A stretch of DNA of 64,000 nucleotides from Bacteroidales bacterium (lineage in GTDB: Bacteria; Bacteroidota; Bacteroidia; Bacteroidales; ML635J-15). A model generated the notes under the pieces. The model was not told the DNA's origin. It saw nothing but the letters and a program-made list of their open reading frames with translations, and searched no databases. Both the position numbers and the translations under genes were made by a program. Position 1 is the first letter of the stretch. Every line of letters starts with the position of its first letter. The stretch covers positions 50,541 to 114,540 of the forward strand of contig JAFGVU010000003.1 in assembly GCA_016937855.1 (NCBI GenBank). The letters are read 5' to 3'. Positions 56,757-64,000 of this stretch are shown here, piece by piece.

Positions 56757-58196
56757 TTCCCCAAACTTCCCAATTTCAACAAATTGATAAATCCTTTCGC
56801 GAATTTCATTTGCAGTTTCTGTATTTGCAATTGAAATTACCTCTTCGGATTTTAAAGCCTTTATGTTTTCTATACCCTGATCAGAAACCATGAAATCGAT
56901 ATTTTCGAAATTAAAAACTTCTTCGATAGATCTTTGGATGTGAATGTCTTCTTTTATTAGTTTGGATAGTTCTTTTTTGAGCTTATCAGTGGAGTACTGG
57001 TGCCTTTTCTTAAAATATAGACCTTCGTTATATTTCTCCAGATACCAACTCTCTATTTGGGTTTTCAAGTTTTTAAAGAATCTGATATTTCGTTTTGCAA
57101 TTATGCCTCTTGATTTTAATTCGATCTTATTATAATAATTTAAAACTTCAAGTAACTCACTCTCTTTCATCTGCGATATAGCAAATCCTTCTGTGTAAAC
57201 AGTATTGAAGTAAATAAAAATCTTTTTCTTATTGCAAAATTCAACAATCTCTGGAATTTCATCCCAATTCTGTTGCATGGGGCACACCGAAAGATTTACA
57301 TAGTTGTTTTTCTCTTTTGATATAGCGATGAAATTATCTAAATTTTTGAGCACTTTATCAAGTTTTGCGTTTTTTCTTATGCTTTCGAAAGTATCTGCCT
57401 TTAACGAATCAATTGATACACCAATATAAAAGTTTCCTTTGTCTAAATATGATTGTACTTTTTCGTTAAAAACAGTTCCATTGGTTTGAAGGTTGATTTT
57501 GCATTTTGGATTAAGTTCAATAATCAAATCCCATATTTCATAATAAATGCTAATAAGAAAAGGCTCTCCGCCTAAAAATTTTGCAACTTTTAATGTTGGT
57601 ATGTATTTTTCCAGTTGTTTTAAAAATTCTTTATCGTATGGATGCTCAATGTTTTTAAGACCTTTAGCCTTTGCAATGCTGCTCGAGAATTCTTCGTGAC
57701 ACATTACACATTCTAAGTTGCAAGTATTATCTAACTCGAAAATAATTTCAGATGGGAGAGATCCTTGATCTTTTAAAGGGTCGTACAATCTTGCTTCAAC
57801 TCCTTCGAAATTCCCAGCCTCGATTAATTTATGACAATGCTGACAACCATACATGAAGTTTTGTCTGCATAGTTCTTTTTGAAGATTTGAACGCTTTTCA
57901 CCATTTACAATTTCTTCGATGCTGTTCTCAGGATATTTACCCAAAACATGAACACGATTAAAACAACACGCCGTAGCTTTTCCATGTATATCGAAATATA
58001 GACTTCGCGAAGGAGCATGGCAAACGCAAGGCTCAGGACCGGTTGTTCTACTTTTATTGTATTCAATTATTTTCTCTTTATTTCCAAATGCAGGGTTTAT
58101 GTGATTTGAAATGTCACCATATTTGCTCTTGTTTTTTAGTTTCTTTATGTATCGTTTAAGAGCTGTCTGTGAGTCATATATCTTTTTGGTAATCAA
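56754..58196 (-). CDS. Radical SAM enzyme with an N-terminal twitch/SPASM-like Cys motif (paralog B)
   Basis: CX3CX2C at aa 159-166 (DNTCNLECVMCHE; nt 57699-57722). The upstream motif C59-x12-G-x4-C77 (CHAPSRSLYFDIHGKATAC) plus C110-x7-C118-x2-C121 resembles the SPASM/twitch signature but precedes the core. There is an about 120-aa Cys-free helical tail. No in-frame ATG lies before the Cys motif, so the start must be TTG 58196, which overlaps the upstream TGA (TTGA). Confidence 0.8.
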   Translation of the reverse strand: MITKKIYDSQTALKRYIKKLKNKSKYGDISNHINPAFGNKEKIIEYNKSRTTGPEPCVCHAPSRSLYFDIHGKATACCFNRVHVLGKYPENSIEEIVNGEKRSNLQKELCRQNFMYGCQHCHKLIEAGNFEGVEARLYDPLKDQGSLPSEIIFELDNTCNLECVMCHEEFSSSIAKAKGLKNIEHPYDKEFLKQLEKYIPTLKVAKFLGGEPFLISIYYEIWDLIIELNPKCKINLQTNGTVFNEKVQSYLDKGNFYIGVSIDSLKADTFESIRKNAKLDKVLKNLDNFIAISKEKNNYVNLSVCPMQQNWDEIPEIVEFCNKKKIFIYFNTVYTEGFAISQMKESELLEVLNYYNKIELKSRGIIAKRNIRFFKNLKTQIESWYLEKYNEGLYFKKRHQYSTDKLKKELSKLIKEDIHIQRSIEEVFNFENIDFMVSDQGIENIKALKSEEVISIANTETANEIRERIYQFVEIGKFGE

Positions 58197-59638
58197 TCTT
58201 CTTCCGGTTTAAAGTTTTTACAAATCTCTTCGAGTTCTTCCAGTGTTTTATTCTCCAGATGTTCAAAGAATGTTAGCGAATCGGTTCGTAATAGTCTATT
58301 GTATATTGTTTTTATGTTTGGCTCAAATTGGAGTTTGTCCAAAAGAGTAAAAAATTTAACTTTAAATTGTGGACCTTCTTTTTCTACTCTCTCAATAATA
58401 AGAAATTTGCCTTCTGCTACTGAATATTCTTTGTTCTCATTTTTTTCTAGACCTTCTTCTTCTTTAGCCCAATTCTTAAACAGTTTTATCATATTGTGAT
58501 AGTTCTTATAGTTTGTTTTTTGCTTTACGTTTTCTTGTGGCAGCTTTTTGCTTTCCAAATCAATAATTGTGTTTTTTAGTTGCGTCTTTTCAAGATTCTT
58601 TAAAGATAACTCTTCTGGCTTTACCACAGTATGAAAATATACACATATTTCCTTTTTATTTGCAAAATCGACTAGATTGCCTAGTTCATGACGATTAATG
58701 GTCATTGGGCAAACAAGTATATTTAAGCTTGTCTTGTGTTTTCTAGAGTATTCAATAAAAATATTAATGTTTTTTAATGCAAATTCATAATTGCCATTAC
58801 GTCTGATATTTTCGTAATTTTCTTTTTCTAGTGAATCAATAGAGACATTAAAATGTATGTTGTGATGGGTTTCCAAAAGTCTCTCAATTCTTGGATTCAT
58901 AGTGTTTGCATTTGTAGTAATAAGTATATTACATTTTGGGTTTATCTTGGCAATCATTTCCCAAATTTGATAATATTCTTCAATCATAAACGGATCGCCA
59001 CCGGTAAATTCTGCAAGTTGTAAATGTGGAATAAAATCTTTTAGCTCATTTATAAATTTATCGTCATAGTATTCATTGCCGGAACTTTGATTACATGAGT
59101 CGGACGCAATCGAAGATGATAAATTTGAATCACACATTATACAAGATAGATTGCATTTGTTTGAAAGCTCAAACTCCATTATTGCAGGATATCTGCTTTT
59201 CGAAAATGCGTAATGCTCATACTTATTAATTAATAAACTGCCAAACGAATTATTTAAAATTAGTTTTGAGCAGAATTCGCAACTAGTTTTAAGCTCACAG
59301 TTTGTGTGCTCTTTCCTGATTTTTTTAAACGATCCATTAAACCATATTTCAGAAATTGTACTCTCCGAAATTGAAGAAGATTCATTGTTATAACTTGCAT
59401 AGCATGGCGAAACTTTTCCATTTCGAGCAAAAAACATACTTGTGTATGGCGCGTAACAGATATGTTTAAGTGGTCCATAAATCCTACTTTTCTGAAATTC
59501 TATAAATGAATCGTTTTTGCATTTTTTTGTAGATTTTGGTTTGAAAAAAATGAACCATAATAATCTTATATCTCGGTGAATTTCAACCGAAAGATCTTTA
59601 AAGAATTGAGGAAGTATTTTATAAATCTTGCTTATCAC
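58193..59638 (-). CDS. Radical SAM enzyme with an N-terminal twitch/SPASM-like Cys motif (paralog A)
   Basis: CX3CX2C at aa 162-169 (SNKCNLSCIMCDS; nt 59132-59155, verified by hand reverse-complement). N-terminal C61-x12-G-x4-C79 (CYAPYTSMFFARNGKVSPC) plus C114-x5-C120-x2-C123. It is collinear with paralog B. The first in-frame ATG lies after the Cys motif, so GTG 59638 is the likely start. Confidence 0.8.
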   Translation of the reverse strand: MISKIYKILPQFFKDLSVEIHRDIRLLWFIFFKPKSTKKCKNDSFIEFQKSRIYGPLKHICYAPYTSMFFARNGKVSPCYASYNNESSSISESTISEIWFNGSFKKIRKEHTNCELKTSCEFCSKLILNNSFGSLLINKYEHYAFSKSRYPAIMEFELSNKCNLSCIMCDSNLSSSIASDSCNQSSGNEYYDDKFINELKDFIPHLQLAEFTGGDPFMIEEYYQIWEMIAKINPKCNILITTNANTMNPRIERLLETHHNIHFNVSIDSLEKENYENIRRNGNYEFALKNINIFIEYSRKHKTSLNILVCPMTINRHELGNLVDFANKKEICVYFHTVVKPEELSLKNLEKTQLKNTIIDLESKKLPQENVKQKTNYKNYHNMIKLFKNWAKEEEGLEKNENKEYSVAEGKFLIIERVEKEGPQFKVKFFTLLDKLQFEPNIKTIYNRLLRTDSLTFFEHLENKTLEELEEICKNFKPEED

Positions 59639-59911
59639 TTATTTTAAATAATGTCAAATTTACAAAAAACATTGTTAAAACATGCCATCCAAAATTAGAA
59701 ACAAATAAAATACTAATTCAACGAGTATGCCTTGTCAAAGCTAAATAAGCCCGTATAGTTTGTGTTTAGCACGCTTCCAACATTATGTTTTATTGTAAAA
59801 ATTTACGATTCGGGAATCATTTTTTTGTTAAAATTGTAAAATTTGGCATCAACCAAGTTCATTTTATTTATTTTTGCGCCGCAGAAAGCCACTTTGCTAT
59901 ATTTTAGATTT

Positions 59912-61738
59912 ATGAAATACTCGCTTATAAAATCACAAAAAGGAGAATTTATAGCATATTATGTTATAATTTTTGTTGTTACAACTTTTATATTGATTTT
60001 AAATTCATGTACTCTCGATAGCGAAAAATTACTAAGTTTAGGTTCAAAAAAAACCGAAATTGTAAATCGCGATTCTACCTTTTCATATTTGACAGATTTA
60101 TACAATAATGCGCCCGATTCCGCGATCATGGTTGCTTTAGAATTGGAGAATCAGTTTTTGCAAGAGAGAGACAACGCAAATCTGGTTAGGTTGTATAGTT
60201 TTTTATCTGAGATTTACCAATATCGTAAAAATGACGATTACAAAGCAATGGAATACATCATTGCTGCGATGGATGTTGTTGCTGCTAACCCGGAACTCGA
60301 ATTTGATAAAACATATCTGTATATTAATGTTGGTAATATTATGTTTAGGTATGGTCTTTTTGACGAAGCAATTTATGTTTATCGGCAAATTCCAAATATT
60401 ACAGATGCTCTGCATAAACCCAATGTTATGGCACTAATTTATAGTAACATTGCATTATCTTTTCAATCGCAAGGTTTGTGCGACTCGGCGAGGCTGTATT
60501 TTGACTATTCCGCTAGGTCAATTGCAGAAACAAAACTTAATCGCCCTATGTTGACACTCCAACACTATAATTATCAAAGTTCCTTGGCTTTAAGTTGTGA
60601 AAATATCGACTCAATTCCGTTTTATTTTAATAAAGCAATGGCAACCATAGATTTTGTAGATTATATCATAAAGATTTTGCCAACTGAATTCTCAAAACGA
60701 TATCAAAATGATATTCATATTGATTACCACACAAATCTCGTAAGGGCAATTGATAAAATGGCAGAATATTATAAGATTCGCAAAAATCCAGAAAAGGCAA
60801 TAGAATTATATACCCAAACAATTGAGGAAATTTCCGATATTAGCGAATGTATTTGGTGCCCTGAGTTGTATTATAATCTTGTTGATGCATATTTTATGGC
60901 CTCAGAACCCGACAAAGCTCTTGAATATCTCGATTCAACAGAATTAATCATTAATGGTGATGGCATCAACCATAATATGATGATTAATATATGCGCTTTA
61001 AAAGCTGAAATTTTTAATGAAATTGGAGATCTGAGCCAGGTAGCTTATTATAATGAGCAGATGTTGATTTATCGCAATAGTCTTGAAACAAGTGGAAACT
61101 CAAACGAATTGATGCTTAAAAAAATTGAGCTTGCAGTTAAGCCTGTTCAATTAGCAATGAAAAATATCGAGATTAGTAGAAGCAAAAATATTCAAACAAT
61201 TGAAATGCAAAAGTCCTTGATACAGTTTTTGCTAATTGCTTTTGTTTTTATCGCGATTACTTTGGTTGTTTATTATAGATTGTATTCTAATCTTAAAAAG
61301 ACACGCTTTCAACTTGCTGCACGTACTATCGAAAAAATAAAGCCTAATATTGAATCAGAAAGTAAAAATAAGCTAAAGGATGAAGTAGAACAAGACTTGC
61401 TTGCAAAATTTAAGTTGGAAGTAATAGATAAAAAAGCTTTCCTGGAAACAAATATCTCCTTGATTAGCATTGCCGAACGTCTTGATACTAACCGAACTTA
61501 TATTTCAAAGATTATCAATTCGGTTTATGGTATGAATTTTAACGATTATATCAACAAGCTTAGAATAACAGAAGCCTGCAACATAATCTGCAATAATACT
61601 AATCCTAATTTTACCATCGATCACCTTTATTGTGAAGTAGGTTTTGTCGGTAAATCTACGTTTTATACTGCTTTTAAAAAATATACAGGCGTTACACCTG
61701 CCGTATTTTTTAAGATGAATAATCAAGCAGTAGTATAA
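59912..61738 (+). CDS. Transmembrane one-component regulator: periplasmic TPR-like sensor, TM helix, cytoplasmic AraC/XylS-type HTH
   Basis: N-terminal anchor/lipobox-like YYVIIFVVTTFILILNSC, about 400 aa of TPR-like helical repeats, a second TM helix (LIQFLLIAFVFIAITLVVYY), and a C-terminal HTH_18-like region (ISLISIAERLDTNRTYISKIINSVYGMNFNDYINKLRI...GFVGKSTFYTAFKKYTGVTPAVFFK). The track start 59843 is TTG; the ATG is at 59912. Confidence 0.75.
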   Translation: MKYSLIKSQKGEFIAYYVIIFVVTTFILILNSCTLDSEKLLSLGSKKTEIVNRDSTFSYLTDLYNNAPDSAIMVALELENQFLQERDNANLVRLYSFLSEIYQYRKNDDYKAMEYIIAAMDVVAANPELEFDKTYLYINVGNIMFRYGLFDEAIYVYRQIPNITDALHKPNVMALIYSNIALSFQSQGLCDSARLYFDYSARSIAETKLNRPMLTLQHYNYQSSLALSCENIDSIPFYFNKAMATIDFVDYIIKILPTEFSKRYQNDIHIDYHTNLVRAIDKMAEYYKIRKNPEKAIELYTQTIEEISDISECIWCPELYYNLVDAYFMASEPDKALEYLDSTELIINGDGINHNMMINICALKAEIFNEIGDLSQVAYYNEQMLIYRNSLETSGNSNELMLKKIELAVKPVQLAMKNIEISRSKNIQTIEMQKSLIQFLLIAFVFIAITLVVYYRLYSNLKKTRFQLAARTIEKIKPNIESESKNKLKDEVEQDLLAKFKLEVIDKKAFLETNISLISIAERLDTNRTYISKIINSVYGMNFNDYINKLRITEACNIICNNTNPNFTIDHLYCEVGFVGKSTFYTAFKKYTGVTPAVFFKMNNQAVV

Positions 61739-61761
61739 TCGTTATCGTAATTCTTTTGTTT

Positions 61762-61917
61762 TTCTGCAAATCTCTTACAATGTTCAAGCGTTTCAGATTA
61801 CTTAGTTTTGAGCAAATCTCTTACAATGTTCAAGCGCGAATCCGTCGCGTTTGGATATTTTAGTTTTGAGCAAATCTCTTAAAATGTTCAAGCGCGAATC
61901 AATCGCGTTTGGACATT
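61762..61917. repeat. Tandem array of about 2.7 copies of a 58-bp terminator-like hairpin unit
   Basis: Unit is TTAGTTTTGAGCAAATCTCTTACAATGTTCAAGCGCGAATCCGTCGCGTTTGGATATT, at 61802-61859 and 61860-61917, with a partial copy at 61762-61801. Each full unit folds as CAAGCGCGA-(5-nt loop)-TCGCGTTTG (9 bp with one G-U pair), followed by T-rich sequence. Confidence 0.85.
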
Positions 61918-62182
61918 TTAAGAACACCGGGGCTAACTTGCAAACTTTTAAGCCCCTATTTATAAAACACTCCTATATGATTTAACAAAATCTTTTGTGT
62001 TTGTTTTTATCATTTTGAAATCGCTATTCAAATCGAAAGTCGTGTTTGCGAAGTTGTAAATTTACAATTCTGAAAATTAACTTTCATTTGTCGATTATTC
62101 AAAATATACGATGTAGTAAAACTTGATTTCTAGTTATATAATGGTATTGCATAGTTTTGCCAAAAAATATCAATATTCAAAG

Positions 62183-62359
62183 ATGAAAGTTAGAGAACGT
62201 ATATTCAAATTTGTATTTAATCGAAAATCAAAATCAGACAATGTGCTGATATTTAGTGAAGAAACGCGAATATCTTATGTATTTCTATTGGCTTTAGTAC
62301 TCGCCTTATTGACCTCACTGATTTTTTTCTTTGTCGGGACAAAAATAATCTTTGGCTAA
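62183..62359 (+). CDS. Possible 58-aa small membrane protein upstream of the CUB-domain gene
   Basis: ATG 62183 gives MKVRERIFKFVFNRKSKSDNVLIFSEETRISYVFLLALVLALLTSLIFFFVGTKIIFG, with a basic N-terminus and one TM helix. Its stop lies 18 nt before the next ATG. No homology evidence. Confidence 0.3.
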   Translation: MKVRERIFKFVFNRKSKSDNVLIFSEETRISYVFLLALVLALLTSLIFFFVGTKIIFG

Positions 62360-62377
62360 TTATTAAAACTTACTACC

Positions 62378-64000
62378 ATGAAAACGAAGGACTCAATTAT
62401 TATTTTTTTAAAACAGTCAAAATTAGACTTGTTGTGGATTAAATGTTTTTTACTTGTATTTGCAAGCCTCTTTATAATACAGTCAATTGAGGCTCAAACA
62501 ATTGATGTGCTTAATGGTACAACTCAAACAGGATGTAGCTTTACAATTTTCGATAGTGGCGACAGCTCGGGGCAATATGATGCAAATGAAGATTATACGG
62601 TTACTATTTGTTCAGGAACTACAGATTATGTTCAATTGAATTTTGTGTCTTTTGATACCGAATCGGGATTTGATTATCTGTATGTTTATGATGGTAGCAA
62701 TACATCTTCGCCACAAGTTAGCGGAAGTCCATTTAGTGGCAGCACTTTACCTTCTGCTATCGAATCGACAGGTACTTGTATTACTATTCGATTTACTTCG
62801 GATGGAACAGTCTTTGGTGATGGATTTGAGCTAAATGCAACATGTGTTGTGCCTCCACCCACATATTTAATGACAGATGGTAGCAGTGTAAATTCATGTG
62901 TTGGTTTCTTTACCGATCCACAAGGAATTGCTGGCTATGACGATAATAACGATGTGTGGGCTATGACTTTTTGTTCTGGAACTGGCGAAGCTGTAAAATT
63001 CGATTTTTCAGAGTTTGAAACAAGTGAAGCAAACGACTATTTGTCAATTTTTGATGGATCAAATATCAGCGCTCCGCTTTTTGGGACATATAACTTGGCT
63101 AATTCACCCGGAATAGTGATTAGTTCAGGAACCTGTTTAACATTTGAGTGGGGCACAGATAATAATGGTGATGGAGCAACTGGTTGGCTATTGCAAATAT
63201 CCTGCGTGCCACTACCTCCCGATAATGAAAACTGCGATGATGCTGACCAATTAGTTTGTGGAACTGTAGATTTAGCGGGAACAACTATTAGTACTTCATC
63301 TCAAACACATGGCAGCTCTTGTAGTATCTCAAATTATGGAGTTTGGTACACTTTTACCGGAGATGGTGCAGAAACAACAATTACTTCAACAGCCGATTTT
63401 GATCACGAGATGGCAATTAGCAGTGGTTCTTGTGCCAGTTTAACAAATATTGCTTGTGTTGATGTTACCAATGGTACAGAGTCCTTTACTTTTACTCCAT
63501 CTTTAGGAACAGACTACTATATATATATGGCGCATTATGATTCTAGCTCATCACTAACGGGTGATTTTACTATTTCTCGTTCCGATTGTGCTGTTGATAT
63601 GTCTTATGTGAGTGCAACAACTACTCAATCAAACACAAGTGCTGTTACTATGGGATCGGTGAATCAGCAAATAATTGGTATTACTGTCGAAACAAGCGGG
63701 GAACTTAATCCATTAGATCTAACCGGTTTTGTTTTTAGAACCGACGGAAGCGACTCTTATAGTACTGATATTTCTAATCTTAATGTTTGGTACACGGGAG
63801 CAAACTCGCAGTTTCTTGCCACAAATATATTTGGAACCACTCAAGCGCCAGCTTCTCCAGGAACTGATATTGTATTTACAGGTAGTCAGCAGTTGATAGA
63901 GGGGACTAACTATTTTTGGCTAACTTATGATATAAACGATGCAGCAACTGCCGGAAATGTTGTAGATGCGATTTGTAATTCAGTAATAATTGATGGTAAT
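62378..64000 (+). CDS. Large secreted surface protein with two CUB-like domains (3' end outside the window)
   Basis: Open frame from ATG 62378 to the window edge (541 codons, hand-translated; not in the ORF track because it has no stop). Signal peptide ...CFLLVFASLFIIQSIEAQ. CUB-like module 1 is GCSFTIFDSGDSSGQYDANEDYTVTICSG..YVQLNFVSFDTESGFDYLYVYDGSNTSSPQVSG...CITIRFTSDGTVFGDGFELNATC. Module 2 is SCVGFFTDPQG...FCSG..EAVKFDFSEFETSEANDYLSIFDGSNISAPLFG...CLTFEWGTDNNGDGATGWLLQISC. Further Cys-rich and beta-sandwich-like modules follow. Confidence 0.7.
   Translation, partial: MKTKDSIIIFLKQSKLDLLWIKCFLLVFASLFIIQSIEAQTIDVLNGTTQTGCSFTIFDSGDSSGQYDANEDYTVTICSGTTDYVQLNFVSFDTESGFDYLYVYDGSNTSSPQVSGSPFSGSTLPSAIESTGTCITIRFTSDGTVFGDGFELNATCVVPPPTYLMTDGSSVNSCVGFFTDPQGIAGYDDNNDVWAMTFCSGTGEAVKFDFSEFETSEANDYLSIFDGSNISAPLFGTYNLANSPGIVISSGTCLTFEWGTDNNGDGATGWLLQISCVPLPPDNENCDDADQLVCGTVDLAGTTISTSSQTHGSSCSISNYGVWYTFTGDGAETTITSTADFDHEMAISSGSCASLTNIACVDVTNGTESFTFTPSLGTDYYIYMAHYDSSSSLTGDFTISRSDCAVDMSYVSATTTQSNTSAVTMGSVNQQIIGITVETSGELNPLDLTGFVFRTDGSDSYSTDISNLNVWYTGANSQFLATNIFGTTQAPASPGTDIVFTGSQQLIEGTNYFWLTYDINDAATAGNVVDAICNSVIIDGN

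Noticed and set aside
56754-59638. Calling the two radical SAM proteins anaerobic sulfatase-maturating enzymes, given the neighbouring FGE-like protein.
   Set aside because: anSMEs carry the CX3CX2C motif near the N-terminus and the SPASM domain at the C-terminus, and are about 370-400 aa. Here the order is reversed and the proteins are about 480 aa. No sulfatase gene is nearby.
62053-62066. Perfect 14-bp palindrome TTGTAAATTTACAA upstream of the CUB gene. Related half-sites (TTGTAAA / TTTACAA) occur at 59793, 59834 and 59659 around the AraC-type regulator, as a possible operator motif.
   Set aside because: The same TTGTAAAATTTG-type string occurs upstream of the unrelated GH3 gene (about 38411). 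It also overlaps the general Bacteroidetes -7 promoter consensus (TAnnTTTG). In AT-rich DNA, several 14-bp palindromes are expected by chance in 64 kb. I therefore cannot support a specific operator.

Overview
AT-rich, densely coding chromosomal segment that I assign to Bacteroidota. Support: five complete proteins end in Por/T9SS type-A C-terminal sorting domains, TAnnTTTG -7 promoter boxes are present, and the LptD-like/amidase/MlaD and TPR/porin-like gene orders look typical of the phylum. It is probably an anaerobe, given a B12-dependent lysine 5,6-aminomutase and radical SAM enzymes. About 45 CDS are supported. I found no rRNA, tRNA, CRISPR array, transposase or integrase.

Gene order, left to right:
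- infC (partial)-rpmI-rplT
- OM barrel plus DUF1566 repeat lipoprotein
- LytTR regulator and FtsE-like ATPase
- giant TPR protein plus porin-like barrel
- gyrB
- two tandem thioredoxin-fold paralogs
- LptD-like / amidase-SPOR / MlaD-SPOR envelope cluster
- a T9SS-based alpha-glucan locus with no SusC/SusD: a 1533-aa multidomain surface protein, a 314-aa module protein, a GH13 enzyme and an SLC45/GPH-type sugar symporter
- slyD, ung, PAS histidine kinase, GH3-beta-lactamase fusion, M43 T9SS protease
- NifS-SelD fusion
- partial lysine-fermentation cluster (kamD, kamE, CoA-transferase beta, thiolase)

The most unusual part is 51-64 kb. It holds:
- an ECF sigma factor translationally coupled to a membrane-anchored protein with two FGE/SUMF1-like domains
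- a tiny T9SS protein plus a tail-fibre/FISUMP chimera
- two tandem paralogous radical SAM enzymes whose twitch/SPASM-like Cys motif is N-terminal rather than C-terminal, with no visible substrate gene
- a transmembrane TPR-AraC regulator
- a CUB-domain surface protein

Three intergenic tandem arrays (51-, 50- and 58-bp hairpin units) sit at gene 3' ends. Two of them belong to one dispersed CCTACGG-centred palindrome family.

All functional calls come from motif recognition by eye. No database search or computation was possible.
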